From NCBI GenBank assembly GCA_035221665.1, contig CM069174.1:9858001-9922000 (forward strand): 64,000 bases of DNA, in the 5' to 3' direction. Position 1 is the stretch's first letter. Each line of letters begins with the position of its first letter. The notes below the pieces were generated by a model. The model searched no databases. It was not told the DNA's origin and was given only the letters and a program-made list of their open reading frames with translations. This DNA comes from Okamejei kenojei (taxonomy: Eukaryota). Shown here in pieces: positions 26,866 to 39,123 of the stretch. Position numbers and translations under genes: made by a program.

Positions 26866-27974
26866 TGTTCCTTATAGTCTACACTACCACCGAGCTTTGT
26901 AACATCTGAAAGCAGGGATATTGTGCACTTGAATATCTCATCCACTGAGCAGCCGATGTCACTTATTGTTTACCAACCCAAAAATGTTGCATGTGTTCCT
27001 ACTGCCTGTTTTCTGTTCTTCGATCGGTTCTCAATCCACACCCCCCAGTGCAATGTTTAATTATCTTTTGTGTGGCACATGATCAATTGGTTTCTGAATG
27101 TTAAAATACATCACAGCAATTATATCACGTTTAAATATACCACAAGTTCACCCTTATTGATTCTGCTAGTTACAACCTCAATTTCTAATAGAATTGTCAA
27201 ACATGAGTTCCTGTTCACAAATCTAGGTTCATAAATCTGTTCACAAATAATGCCCTGTTACAATTTCCTAAATAATAGATCCATATATATTCTCTTGCTA
27301 TGAATCCTGAACTAGGTGGTCGAATGTTCCCCGTTTTTTCCTCTTCCTTTCTTTAATAGTGGGGTTATGTTTTGCTACCTTCCAACCTATGGGAACAGTT
27401 CTAGAATTGCTAGAATTCAGGAAGGTGACGACCAATTGATCAGAAAAATGGCATCCACCATCTCCACAGCTATCGTCTTAGGCTCTCTCGGATACAAGTC
27501 ATTATGAGCTGGAGATTTATCACATTGCTGTCCCATTAATTTTTCTTATACTAATTTTGTACTAAAACTTCTCCTCCTTCAGCTCCTCCTTCACCCTTGG
27601 CCTCAAGCTTTCTATTATTTCCAAGAAGCTATCTGTCTCTTCTATGAAGATGGACACACAATATTTGTTTAATTTCCCTGCCATTTCCTTATTCCTCTAT
27701 ATAATTTACCCGGTCTCAGTCTGCAATGGACTCGTGTTAACTTATCAATGCCTTGGTGCTCCTTTGCTCAATTCTGAAAAATCCATTTGTGTAGTTAACT
27801 ACATTTCTGCAAAATTATACGCCTTTAACTTTGATCAAATGTCACCTTTCAATATGGTGGACACAGCCAAACCATTCTACCAGTTTGTGTTTCCTGTTTG
27901 TCTTTTAGAATATGTTAAAACAAATTTGAATTCTTTAAATGTTAGTCATTTATTGTTTATTGCCACAGTGCAAA

Positions 27975-28112
27975 TGTAGGCGTATATAGGAACTGCAGAT
28001 GTTGGGTTAAACCGAAGCTAGACACAAGATGCTGGAGTAACTCAGCGGGACAGGCAGCATCCCTGGAGAGAAGGAATGGATGACGTTTGTGGTCGAGACC
28101 CTTCTTCAGACC
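27975..28112 (-). mobile_element. Short Penelope-derived hammerhead unit
   Basis: Same terminal sequence as the other units, ending gacgtttgtggtcgagacccttcttcagac. Confidence 0.8.
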
Positions 28113-29594
28113 AGACAAAATGAATGGCGATATCTCCAAGTTACAAGTTGCTGCACAGCTGTTGTGCTTGTCTTCCCTGGTGTATACATTTCTAAACAAA
28201 CATTTTTCCTTTCTCCCCTGAAGGCACATTGCTGCCAATAAATGCAAACTGCTCACTTATCCAATGGCTATTATTCACATGTGAATGTGTCTGTGCAATA
28301 CAGCAGACAGTTCAAACTAACAAGGGCATCTCATAGTTCGGACCTGAACTTGCCTGAATCTAAATGCGCCCACGTCTGCTCGGAATCCTTGGATATCGAT
28401 CTATAGCGCCAATGCTGATTTGTCTGGCTCACTTTCACAGTTCATTTATCAAAGGAACTCCCCAGGGGACCTTGAAATCAAAAGTGAAAATATGTAGATT
28501 TATAAGATGTCTTCAGTGTTGCAAGGTTTTGATGCATACATACATTTCACAATTCATTGTAAAAGCTCATTGGTGAATGAAATTAATAAATCCTGAGCTC
28601 CTGGAGCCTGCTCTAGATATATTAGCCCTATAAATTCAGGCAGAGTAAGAGCTACTTTTTTGTCAACGACTGAATGCTTACAGGAGTGCCATTTAAGCTG
28701 AAGTGAGGGGGCAGGTGGGTGGGGAAAGCCTTTTAAAGAAATGCTATTGTATCAAGCAGGAGAAGTCTAGTTTTTCAGTGATTTTATACCATAATGTGGA
28801 TTATATTTGGTCTTTGTAACTGGAGAAGCTAATGGCAAATCTTCCTAATAATATTTACGTTTCCTCTGTGCAATCTGGCCTAGCCAAATTTCCATTCTTT
28901 CATGGTGCCTATCTTCAGAGGTTGATTTTAGCTACAAGATTATTTAGTCTTTTGAAATGCTAATATATGCAGATTTGCAAACAAATGGGAAGGTCAGATT
29001 GTAAGACCTTGTATTGTTCCTCCAAGCTACTCTACCATTTAATGATCAGATGGCCACATCTCTACTTTCCTGCCTCCCCAAATAAACCAGAACTCCTTTC
29101 CACCGAACAATCTGCTTATCGCAGCCTTGAATATATTCAGTGATTCTACCTCAACAGTTTTCTGGGAATTCCAAAGATTCATCACCGTCAGAATAACACT
29201 TTCCTCTTCATGTCCATCTTACATCATGTCCTGAAATTTTTCACGCTCGTTCTCAATTCCCTCCCAAAGAGAAACCTCTTTCCAACATCTGTGCTGTCAG
29301 ACCTCAGAGTCGTATGTTTCAATGAGATCATCTATGATATTTCTAAACCCAGCGAGTATAGGTCCATTCTATTCAAAATAAAAGGAGGATTGCTCTGGGT
29401 TCTATGTTTTCGAAGTGGGGGACAGGTCGTTAAGTGGCTTTGACCATGTCTGATAAAACTGATTTTGTGAATTGAGTTATGGAAAATTCCTGCTATCTGG
29501 TCGCTTCTTGCGACAAGTTGCATGCGATGGCTGGAAAAACACCTGAAATTTGTTCACAAGATGTGGATGTTGCTGATGTTCATACTTGCACATC

Positions 29595-29885
29595 ACATAG
29601 GAGGCCTTTTGGCCCATTCAGTCTGTGCTGGTTCACCGCACAATTCCATTCCAACACTAACTTTCCGTGCTTTTCGTGCCCCACACTCTTATCAATGTTG
29701 CAACCCACCGACAGTGGGGGATATTTATAGTGGCTAATTAACCCACCAGCCTGAACGTCTTTGGGATTTGGAAACCTGTGCAATCACAGGGAACGTGTGC
29801 AAACACTGGATAGACATCACCCATGGTCAGGGTTGAACCCGGGTCATAAAAGTGGTAAGGCAGCAGCTCTGTTAGCTGTGCCGCT
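29595..29885 (-). mobile_element. Old V-SINE
   Basis: cacagggaacgtgtgcaaacact...ggttgaacccgggtc...aaggcagcagctct. Confidence 0.7.
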
Positions 29886-29949
29886 CCAGCCATTTCATAG
29901 GTCAGTAAAAGTACAAGCACATTGATGAATATTGAGCTGCTGCTGCTCT

Positions 29950-30086
29950 CTCTTTGAAATGTGTATTGTTGATGTCCCTACTACTTTTTTGTTTCATTTG
30001 TTTATATGTTTGTAATTTGCTTGTTTTAATCTGTAAGGCGTCCTTGAGAATCCTGAAAGGCGCCCATAAATAAAATGTATTATTAC
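29950..30086 (+). mobile_element. L2-type 3' tail
   Basis: tgtaaggcgtccttgag...gaaaggcgcccataaataaaatgtattatta. Confidence 0.6.
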
Positions 30087-31538
30087 ATGAGCTAGACTGG
30101 GTAAGGTGGCAGACTTCCTTCCTTGAAGGACTTTATTTGTGACCACAACACTTCATAAGAAGCTTGTAATGAATAAAAAAATTATACAAAATGAAATCTA
30201 ATGAAAAGATTTGGAACTGTCTAGTCCAAGTATAATGCTGCTGATCTATTGCTGTCTAGTAAATAAAATAGATTTATGATTTTGGCTTTCAACTGTAGTT
30301 ATGGCCAATTTTAAGTGGACAAGAAACCCTGGTGGCCAAGCCCTATGCGATTTATGATGTGTTACACTGTGACAAGGGGTGAATTTGCTTTAATGGATTG
30401 CTGTTGCATTAACACCAACTGTAAGGGATAGGATTTCACTTGCACCTTGGAATGCTTCTGGAAAATGCCTTTTCCTTATCACCATTTATTCAGTGTTGGG
30501 AGGTAGCCTGGATTCTAACAGTCCTGCGAGTTCACTGCTGCTGACATGATGTTGGGACCTGCAACATTGTGTTGTGTGTTTTTTCACTCATCAGCTACCT
30601 TCGCCCTCTTGGACCTGGGTTTGATTTTGGCATAAATGGAAGGGATGACTAAAGTGATCAATTGCAAAAATCTTCGCTGAAGACAGAGAGTGAGTTTGCA
30701 ATGGATATGAGTTTGTGTTATTTGGTGTAAATGGATGCTGCATTGGATAATTGGGAGTTGCTTCATTCTCTGCCCTTGAGTAAAGTATACTTCAAATATT
30801 TGTGGAAAGTTTCTTGTGTCTTCATTTTGAGAAAATTTAAAAAGTAGGTACATTGTGCTAAACCTGCATCGAACCTATCATTAAACCCTAATGAATGATT
30901 TTGTTTTTTTATTTGGACTTGTTAACCTGCATATCTTTTAGTCAATGGTGTATTTGTTCTTCGAGATCACTTTTGTTCCTCCACCCCAACCAGCCTCTTA
31001 CCATTCAAGTAATAAATGACCTCCTCTGAGCTCCATTGTCCTGACCAAAATGTACTGCTTCACCTAGGTCTGTATTGAATTTCATTTTCCCTTCTGCAAG
31101 CTGCTTATTGCCCACCTGTAATTTGCTGCAAACAGCTTCCAAATTGATATAATCCGAAATGTTCAAAAAATAGTTTTATTTTAAATAATGAATTTAAATT
31201 GTGAACAGCAATGTGCCTGGCACTGATCCTTGAGAAGCACCACTGGTCACCGCCTTCCACGATAAATAGCTGCCCTTTACTCCCAATTTGTCTTGAAGTC
31301 GGCCAGCAACCCATTTTGCTGATTGCTCCACATGCTTTGACCTTATTCATTCTCACGTTTTTCGGTATCTGACTGAAGATCTTTTGAAAATTGAGATGCA
31401 TTACACCAATTGAGATGCATTACACTGTTTGCTCTCTGTTACTTAAAATCATGACAAATCTATTAACCATGGGTTCAGCTGCAGGGATTAAAGATTGGAA
31501 GGCGTGTAATGTCTTTTAACTTTTTTTTATTATTCCAG

Positions 31539-31645
31539 ATCCATGAATCAGAACTTTCAAAACCAATTAATGGAGTCGCCTTCCTTGTGAATAAATCCAA
31601 CCAACTCCAGTACTGCTATTATTCTGTCACGCTTAGCCAGCGATC
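31539..31645 (+). other. GALNT6: 5' UTR part of the first coding exon
   Basis: Strong acceptor ttttaacttttttttattattccag| ending 31538, leaving 107 nt of UTR before the ATG. This implies at least one upstream non-coding exon. Confidence 0.75.
31543..31590 (+). other. Upstream ORF (15 aa, MNQNFQNQLMESPSL*) in the 5' UTR
   Basis: ATG at 31543, second in-frame ATG at 31570, TGA at 31588-31590, ending 55 nt before the main ATG. Confidence 0.6.
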
Positions 31646-32136
31646 ATGAGACTATTTTTTAGGAAACGCTTTGGTCCAGTGAAACTTGCTCTGGTCAGTG
31701 TAATATTTATGATATTTGTATTCATACTCCAAAGAGATGTCGTCAAGCAGAGCCCAGAGGATGAATCTTGGCTTAAGGACTTGTCGGGCAGGAAAGATAG
31801 AATGCTGGGCATTATGTTTGGAGCGGTGAATAATATCCGGGACTCGATGCCTAAGTTTCAGATCATTGCTCCAGATCGAGGCCAAGAGGATGTTGATAAC
31901 ACCAAGAATTGTTTGCCAGGATTCTACACTGCAGCGGAACTGAAGACCTTTCTTCCCCGGCCTCCTGAAGATCCCAATGCCCCTGGTGTTGATGCAAAGG
32001 CTTTTCATACGGACAATCTCTCTCCCGAACAGCAGAAGGAGAAAGAGCGTGGTTTTGAGAAACATTGCTTCAATGCCTATGCCAGTGACCGCATCTCTTT
32101 GCACAGGAGCCTTGGACCAGACACACGACCTCCAGA
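31646..32136 (+). CDS. GALNT6: Polypeptide N-acetylgalactosaminyltransferase (GALNT6-like), coding exon 1: cytoplasmic tail, TM anchor, stem, start of catalytic domain
   Basis: MRLFFRKRFGPVKLALVSVIFMIFVFILQRDV...CLPGFYTAAELK...HCFNAYASDRISLHRSLGPDTRPPE. The short MRL.R.R N-terminus and the WAFI* C-terminus fit GALNT6 better than GALNT3. ATG has A at -3. Donor GA|gtagga at 32137; 491 nt. Confidence 0.93.
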
Positions 32137-32447
32137 GTAGGATATTTTGCATTTCTTTTGTCAAGAATTTCTGTGTGTAGGAGGGAGGATGTTATTTGGT
32201 TATAAGTTTGTGCTCGGTATTGTTCAGATAACTGATATTGGGAAATTGGCGACTTTCCCAGATTCAGGAACCAGTTTCAACTTTTAAGCAGGGTACACAA
32301 AGTCCATCTATATGGCCTATTATCTCAAAGTATCCCTTAATATAAAATCCTGTACCAACTTGCTGTGGAGCCCCTGACTACAATTTCCATTTCACTGTCA
32401 AGTAGGAATAGATTACTGCTGTTGACTCATTCTGACCGAGGAACCAG

Positions 32448-32720
32448 GGCGCACAGTAGTGCAACAGTAGCATTACCGCCTTCCAGTGCCAGACACCAGG
32501 GCTCGATCCTGACTATGGAGTTTGGACATTCTCCCTGTGATCGCGTGGGCTTTCTCCGGATGCTCTTTTTTCCTCCCACACTCCAAAGATGTACAGGTTT
32601 GTGGGTTAATTGGCTTCTGTAAATCGTCCTTGGTGTGTAGATAGTGCTAGTGTACGGGGTGACCGCTGGTTGGCGTGTGCTGAAGGGCCTGTTTTCACGC
32701 TGTATCTCTGAAATCTAAAG
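32448..32720 (+). mobile_element. tRNA-derived V-SINE (HE1-like), near full length
   Basis: Pol III A/B-box-like head (ggctcgatcc), V-domain ggagtttggacattctccctgtga...ttcctcccacactccaaaga, CR1-type tail gaagggcctgtt. Confidence 0.8.
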
Positions 32721-33024
32721 TCCAGGTCTAAATTACCCAAGTTCTTCTCGTGTAGGACCCTCAAAGGGTCAATTCTATCAGCTTGGCTGACGAGTGGAAA
32801 CCTCTGGTGGTTGAGCCCAGATTTTTTTCCCTTTCTTCTGGGAAATACTTTTTGCCGCTTGTTTTCAACTTCATGCACTCTTCAAAATCTGTCCCAGCTT
32901 GAAGCAAGAGGCAAACGTTTTCTTCAATCCACGCGGCACACTCCGTATATGGAGCAATTTCATACTTATGAAAGCATTATATAAGCTAGGATCTCTCAAA
33001 CTCTCTTTGGATTGCTTTGTGCAG

Positions 33025-33197
33025 GTGTATTGAACAAAGATTCAAGCGTTGCCCTCCTCTACCTTCAACCAGTGTGATTATAGTGTTCCACAATGAGGCC
33101 TGGTCCACCTTGCTGAGAACTGTGTACAGTGTGATGCATACATCCCCAGCCATACTGCTAAAGGAAATTCTATTAGTGGATGATGCCAGCACAGATG
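33025..33197 (+). CDS. GALNT6: GALNT6-like coding exon 2
   Basis: Acceptor tttgtgcag|, donor |gtgagt; 173 nt. [36 protein letters not shown]...[11 protein letters not shown] (GT2 fold start). Phase matches both neighbours. Confidence 0.96.
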
Positions 33198-34108
33198 GTG
33201 AGTTTTTAGTCACTTGTGTTTGAAATCGGAATACGGGATTTTATTTTAAAAACGTGTTAATCTTAAAGTTGGTGAATTTGTGGTCAATAATAAATCCCAT
33301 GACTAAAATATAAGCAGACATTGGAAGCCCCTTATCAGACCATGGCACTTGCTGTTTTCTCCAAGAGTTGGTTGTTAAATGGAGTAGGTTTGAACAATCC
33401 AAACTGGGACTATCCCACCAATGGTCCTCTGGCTCTTGTCAGATGTTCGTATCGGTTTTCTCTCAGTTTTCATGGCTTCAGTTGAGGGAGTGGGTTGTCC
33501 TAATTTATCAAGTCTTTTGTGAACTTAACCCATCATCTCTGTAAAATCCAAGTGAATCTGCATTGCAATATATTCCATTGCATTTATAACCTTCCTGTAA
33601 TGGAGAGTCCGAAGCTGCAGGTTGTCTGAGGTCGTGCAGGACGTATGGGATGGGCTGGTGCATCTTCACCTGTTGTTCGTGTTTGGATGTTATACGCTTC
33701 TGCTGATGAAACCCAAGTGGATTGCTTGTTTCATGGCCGTAGCTGCTTCAGTTCTCTCCTTCTCAATGACCCACACATCTGGTCCTCTATTCCATTTAAA
33801 TAGCTTGCCCCTTTTCCTCATTCCTTCTCCCCAAATGTTTTCGGGCTCTTGAAGAACGTGGAATGCTGCATCACAGGATCGGGCCCCATCGGCCCACAGT
33901 GTCTGTGTCGAAAATGATACCTAAACCAACTCTTATCTGCCTGCACCCATTTCCACGAGCTTATCAAGAGTCTCTTAAATGCCACCATTGTATCTGTCTC
34001 AACCACCACCACCACCTCCAGCAGCACGCTCCAGGCACTCGCCACCCAAAGTGTTTTTTAAAACAAAACTTGCCACATCTCGTTTAAACTTTGCCCCTCT
34101 CGCCCTGA

Positions 34109-34729
34109 TGGCCCTGTCCCACTGTACGAGTTCATTCAAGAGCTCTCCCGAGTTTAAAAAAAAATCAAACTGATGGTAAGCACGGAGAATGAACGTAGCG
34201 GGTATGTCGGAGCTCGGGGATGTCTCGTAACGCTAACGGCAGGTACTTGGAGGAAATGCGGTAAGCTCGGGAAGACTCGTGAAGATTTTTCAACATGTTG
34301 AAAAATGTCCACGAGAGCCCCAAGTACCGACGAGCGGCCATTACCGTAAATCTCTGAGTTCTAATCGGGGCAAACTCGGGAGATCTCTTTGAATGAACTC
34401 GTACAGTGGGACAGGGCTTTGAAGGGCCTGTCCCACTATACGAGTTTACCCAAGAGCTCTCCAGAGTAAAAAAAAAATCAAACTCGTGGTAAGTACGTAG
34501 AATGTACGTAGCGGGTACGTCGGAGCTCGGGATGGCTCTTAGCGGCTCGTAATGCTAACGGAAGGTACTCGGGGAAACGCGGTGAGCTCGTGAAGTTTTT
34601 TCAACATGTTGAAAAATGTCCACGAGAGCCCCGAGTACCTACGAGCGGCCATTACCGTAATTCTCCGAGTTCAAATTAGGGGAAACTTGGGAGAACTCTT
34701 GAATCACCTCGTACAGTGGGACAGCCCAT
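34109..34729. mobile_element. Two tandem PIF/Harbinger-like MITEs (34109-34419, 34423-34729)
   Basis: Each has long TIRs gccctgtcccactgtacgag / ctcgtacagtgggacagggc; 3-bp tga/tga/tta boundaries. Confidence 0.85.
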
Positions 34730-34927
34730 TTAGGCTATGATAGTATTTGATTTTGTTTTCCATCCCGGGAGAAAAGGTTCTGACTGTCTACGTTATGCCT
34801 CTCATAATTTTATTTACTTCTATCAGGTCTCTTCTGCAACTTCTGGTATTCCAGAGAAAACAATCTAAGTCTGTCCAACCTTTCCCTGTAGCCAATATCC
34901 ACCAAAGTAGGTATCATTCTGATAAAC

Positions 34928-35022
34928 ACAAAATGCTGGAGTAACTCAGCAGGTCAGGCAGCGGGTCTGGAGAAAAGGAATAGGAGACGTTTCGGGTCGA
35001 GACCCTTCATCGGACTGGAATA
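34928..35022 (-). mobile_element. ~95-bp Penelope-derived hammerhead unit with TSD, inserted in a CR1 fragment
   Basis: attctgataaac (34916-34927) / attctggtaaac (35023-35034) flank the unit. Confidence 0.8.
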
Positions 35023-36244
35023 ATTCTGGTAAACCTCCTTTACATCCTTTCCAAAATATCCACATCCTTCCTATAATGGGGTGACAAGAACTGCATGCAA
35101 TGCTCCACAATTTCACTCTTCATACAAGGGAATACTTGAGAGACTGATCAGAGGACGCATTTTGGGTCAAAAGGCTTCTATTTCTGCTTCTTTCACTCCC
35201 TCCCCCACCCACTCCCAAGTTCCCGTTACTGATCACAGCTGCAAAAAGTGGACGTGTTCTTCAATTTGTCATCATCTCTGTGCATAACATGTGTCACATG
35301 GCTGCTGGCAGTGGGAGCATGGTTGTGGCCACAGCGTGGGAGTTCCAGACTTCCAGTCATCACAACATTTTAAAGCTCTGCCTTAAACTTGTTCTTTGCA
35401 TGTCCTGCTGCCTCATTTATGCCTCCCTCCCCCACCGCAAGCTCCATACACACCAACTGTGAGCATCTTCCCTTCTCTGTTGTAAACCTATCATCTCGAG
35501 CAATGGATGGAAAATCTCCACAGGGTTTTGACACGGATTTTGTTTGAGTACCGATAAAATGCTCAACGGTATGCATTTTGCAAAAAATACAAATCCAGTG
35601 TCAAGAGTTAAATGACCTGTTCACAGTGGGCTTTGCACTCTATCGGCAGTAGATAAAGAACAGGCGGAGGGGAGAAGTGAACCCGCATTTCCCACCCCAG
35701 TCCTACTTGTCAGCTGTAAAGTTTCCAATGTGTCTGTGTGCATTAAAAATTAAGCTAGAGTAATTTCACACTTTAAGCAATAAAAGCCAGATTCCTTCCA
35801 CCTTTCTATGAAGTTTATATGAAGCTGAAGTCCTGCTTGATCGTCAGCCTACACTTTGATCTCTGGAGTGGAGGAGAAGTGATTGCTTTTGGGTAATTAA
35901 TGCCCCACATATCTCCCGCTCTTGCCAAAATAGTTATCTCTTACCAGTTGAAATCTGTATTTGGGTTGGAAATATCGTAATACAAACAGCAGTGGTTGAT
36001 TGAAAGGTTGCTGTGACTTAAGATGTTCTTGTACAGTCGATGATGCGAATGTACTACACTCATGGAAAATGTTAATTGGCCCAGTCCTCGTGGGAGTGAG
36101 CTCCCAGAGAGTGTAGTGGAAATTTGAGGAGGAGGAAAAAAACCCCCAACATCCTCATTTCAAGATTTATGGAACACTTTTCATCTCCCCTCTGCATTGC
36201 ATGCATTTTACATCCAAGAAAGTGTGTGGTCATTTATAATGTAA

Positions 36245-36444
36245 AGGGCCTGTCCCACCTGAGCGTTTATTCGCGTCACTTTGTGAATCCCAAAATCCTG
36301 GGGCGCCACGCGTGACTGCGCGTCACTGCCTACACCTCCACGCCTCGCCATACGCACGTAATGCACGCCATGCGCACATCACGACGCACACGTTGTGACA
36401 CATAAATGATGTCGTGCAAATAACGCCCAGGTGGGACAGGCCCT
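36245..36444. mobile_element. PIF/Harbinger-like MITE (200 bp)
   Basis: TIR agggcctgtcccacctg / caggtgggacaggccct; TAA TSD. Confidence 0.88.
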
Positions 36445-36534
36445 TAAGTAAACACAGCAGCTACTTCACACGTTGCAAGTTCCGTGCAAACAGCAATGTG
36501 ATAATGGCCAGATAAGCTTCTTGCAATGTAAAAG

Positions 36535-36712
36535 AAAACACTGGCGGAACTCAGCGGGTCAGGCAGGCAGCATCTGTGGAAGGGACTGCAAGGACAGTGA
36601 TTTGGGCCAGGACCCTTCTTCAGACTTTCCCACCACAGATGCTGCCTGACTCGCTGAGTCCCTCCAACAGCTTTTGTTGCTCAAGATTCCAGCATCTGCA
36701 GTCTCTTTTGTC
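36535..36712. repeat. Older fold-back Penelope-derived unit inserted in a Deu-SINE
   Basis: ggaactcagcgggtcaggcag...catctgtgg versus ccacagatgctgcctgactcgctgagt; minus-strand hammerhead remnant at 36597-36625. Confidence 0.7.
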
Positions 36713-37495
36713 TCGAGTTGTTCTGATGTGTTGGTTGAGCGAAACATATTGATCCATAAATTTGGGATTACTCCCCTGCTCGTCTTCAAAATGATACAAT
36801 GATTATTTACATCCACCTGAAAGAGCAAGTCAAGCTGATGCACAAATCGTCATCATCATTGAATACTTTCAGCTTCTGTTTAACCATATTTATTATTCAC
36901 CTTTCCTCTCAGTCCAAGTCTCTTATATAGGCATTCCAGGAATTAGACCTTGTAGTATTATGGGGTGGGGAAATGGGTGGTGATGTGAATTGATTAGGCA
37001 GTATAATGGGTGCAGTACTTATTAAACAACTGGAGTTTAAATCTACAATGAAATAAATGCTTTCTTTGTTTTTTAAATTTTGATTGACCAAGCTAAATAC
37101 TTAAAACTCATGAACAAATTCAATTGTATTGTCAAACTAAATCCTATTCATTATGCAAGTGTCTCCTAAAGGGGTTGAGAATGCGTCAGTAATGCTTGCG
37201 TTTCATTTATCCAATCGTGTAGATAATGTTTAAACAATCCTTTTAAAATATTTCTTCGGCTGCAGTCACCAAAGCAGCCTGGTTTTCGGACAAGTCTGTT
37301 GCTGACTAAATTATAAATTAATTGTTCATTTTAACCAGAGTGCCTTGAATCAATATTTAACGAGCAAAAAACATTTTTAAAGATGCAGTCTTAATTAATG
37401 ACGGTGAGTGTGGAAGGGCTATTCCACCATGGGCAGCATTGCAGCTGAGCCTGTTCTTGGCCACTGTCTGTATAAGTGCATTTTCCAATGAGTTA

Positions 37496-38107
37496 AGGGC
37501 CTGTCCCACTTGGCCGTCATTTAAACGACAGGCCGGTAGTGACTGACGCATGACGATCGCGCACGTTATCATGCGTCCGCACAGCTGTCTGGAGCGCGTG
37601 ACGTCATTTGAAGATGGACACAAAATGCTGGAGTAACTCAGCGGGACCGGCAGCATCTCTGGAGAGAAGGAATGGATGATGTTTCGGGTCTAGAGTCTTC
37701 TTCAGTCTGAAGAAGGTTCTCCACCCGAAATGTCACCCATTGCTTTTCTCCAGAGATGCTGCTGGTCCTGCTGAGTTACTCCTGCATTTTGTGTCTATCG
37801 CCAATCATTTTGGCCCCGCTCTGGGAGTAGGAGTGGGGGAGGATCCAGATCTGCAACAAGCTCGGCGATCGCTTGCCTGCTTCTGCTGCTGTTGGAGGTG
37901 AAACGTTGCACCGCGCCAGGGTGTCCCACTTGTCCGTCATTTACGCGACAGGCCGGTGGCGCGCAAAGATTTCGTCCAGAACGAAATCCTGGAGCGCTGC
38001 GCGATATACCACGCGCAACTCCACACTCCACGCCACTCCATGCGCCCGTCCCGCGCTACCAGGGCGCGTAAATGGCGCGCAAATGACGGCCAAGTGGGAC
38101 AGGTCCT
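37496..38107. mobile_element. Composite PIF/Harbinger-like MITE
   Basis: TIR agggcctgtcccacttggccgtcatt / aatgacggccaagtgggacaggtcct; TTA TSD; second left end at ~37917; fold-back hammerhead unit inside. Confidence 0.85.
37613..37797. repeat. Full fold-back unit with a hammerhead core on both strands
   Basis: Palindrome centred on cttcttcag-t-ctgaagaag (37697-37715); ~90-bp arms. Confidence 0.85.
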
Positions 38108-38539
38108 TTAGTGATTAAGGAATTGTACTTTTTTTTCCCCCATCACTCTAATAACTCTGAGATGCTGAGGACAACTTGGTGGGTTGGATTAAGGTCAGGT
38201 AACAGCGCAGAGCCTTGATCTGGAACAAAAATCAAAAAACTGCAGATGCTAGAAACTGAAATAAAGAGAGAATGCTGGAAGCACTCGGGCAGCGTCTGTG
38301 AAAAGTCAAGAGTCAAGAGAGTTTATTGTCATGTGTCCCAGATAGGACAATGAAATTCTTGCTTGCTGCAAGTGAAAAGTAAAACAGTTAACGTTTCAAG
38401 TCGGAGATCTTTCATCTAAGGACATTTGCAAAGAGGCATATGGCAACCCTGGCCTCGCCCTATCAAAGATATTCTCTGTGTCCTGTCCATCCTTCTCCTG
38501 CCTACTGTAGCTTAACACTAACGTGTTCTTTCTCTTACT

Positions 38540-38578
38540 CAGTTCTGATGAAGAGTCTCCAACCTGAAATGTTAGCTG
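38540..38578 (+). ncRNA. Degenerate hammerhead motif of an older Penelope-derived subfamily
   Basis: CAGTT-CTGATGA-agagtctccaacct-GAAA-TGTT-AGCTG. The 5-bp stem I (CAGTT/AGCTG) closes a canonical core; stem II is decayed. Confidence 0.5.
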
Positions 38579-38973
38579 TTCCTCTTTCCACCGGCGCTCT
38601 GTAGCTTGCTGAGTATTTATTTGTATTTTGAAACTCCTGGTGTGTATTGCATGGTACTGCAATGGGCGATTCCTTTTACCCATTAGGCCATGTTGGAGAT
38701 GGCAACACACTTTTTGCCCACATTTTGACATCATTTGAAAAATATCATATTGCTTGCTTACAATGTGACAATTAACATTCTTCCCCTCATCTCTCTATAT
38801 ATCTGACCATTATTATACATTTGGAATTAAACAGTGGCTATGCACACCTGTAATGGTCTCGCTACTCTTCATTTTAATTCACCCCAGAATTGGTCAGTAT
38901 TGCAGATAACAGTGCTGTGAAATGAATACGACTATGTTATAACACTGAAACAAAATGAATTCTAATTTTTCAG

Positions 38974-39123
38974 ATGCTTTAAAAGAACAACTGGATGAGT
39001 ATGTGAAGCAGTTCCGGATAGTGAAAGTCATCCGACAGGTGGAAAGGAAAGGGTTAATAACGGCAAGGCTCTTGGGTGCCAGTGGGGCCACAGGGGAAGT
39101 GCTAACTTTTCTTGATGCTCACT
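38974..39123 (+). CDS. GALNT6: GALNT6-like coding exon 3 (DxH metal-binding motif)
   Basis: Acceptor tttttcag|, donor |gtaagt; 150 nt. ALKEQLDEYVKQFRIVKVIRQVERKGLITARLLGASGATGEVLTFLDAH. Confidence 0.96.

Larger units (their letters stand above)
33860..35105 (-). mobile_element. Older CR1 3' part hosting two MITEs and one hammerhead unit
   Basis: VVETDTMVAFKRLL remnant; CR1 sequence resumes after each insertion. Confidence 0.7.

Noticed and set aside
31652-32164. 170-aa antisense ORF over the first coding exon
   Set aside because: Shadow frame of a coding exon; no motifs or independent signals.
32448-32520. tRNA gene
   Set aside because: Decayed tRNA-like head continuous with a V-domain and LINE tail, so a SINE.
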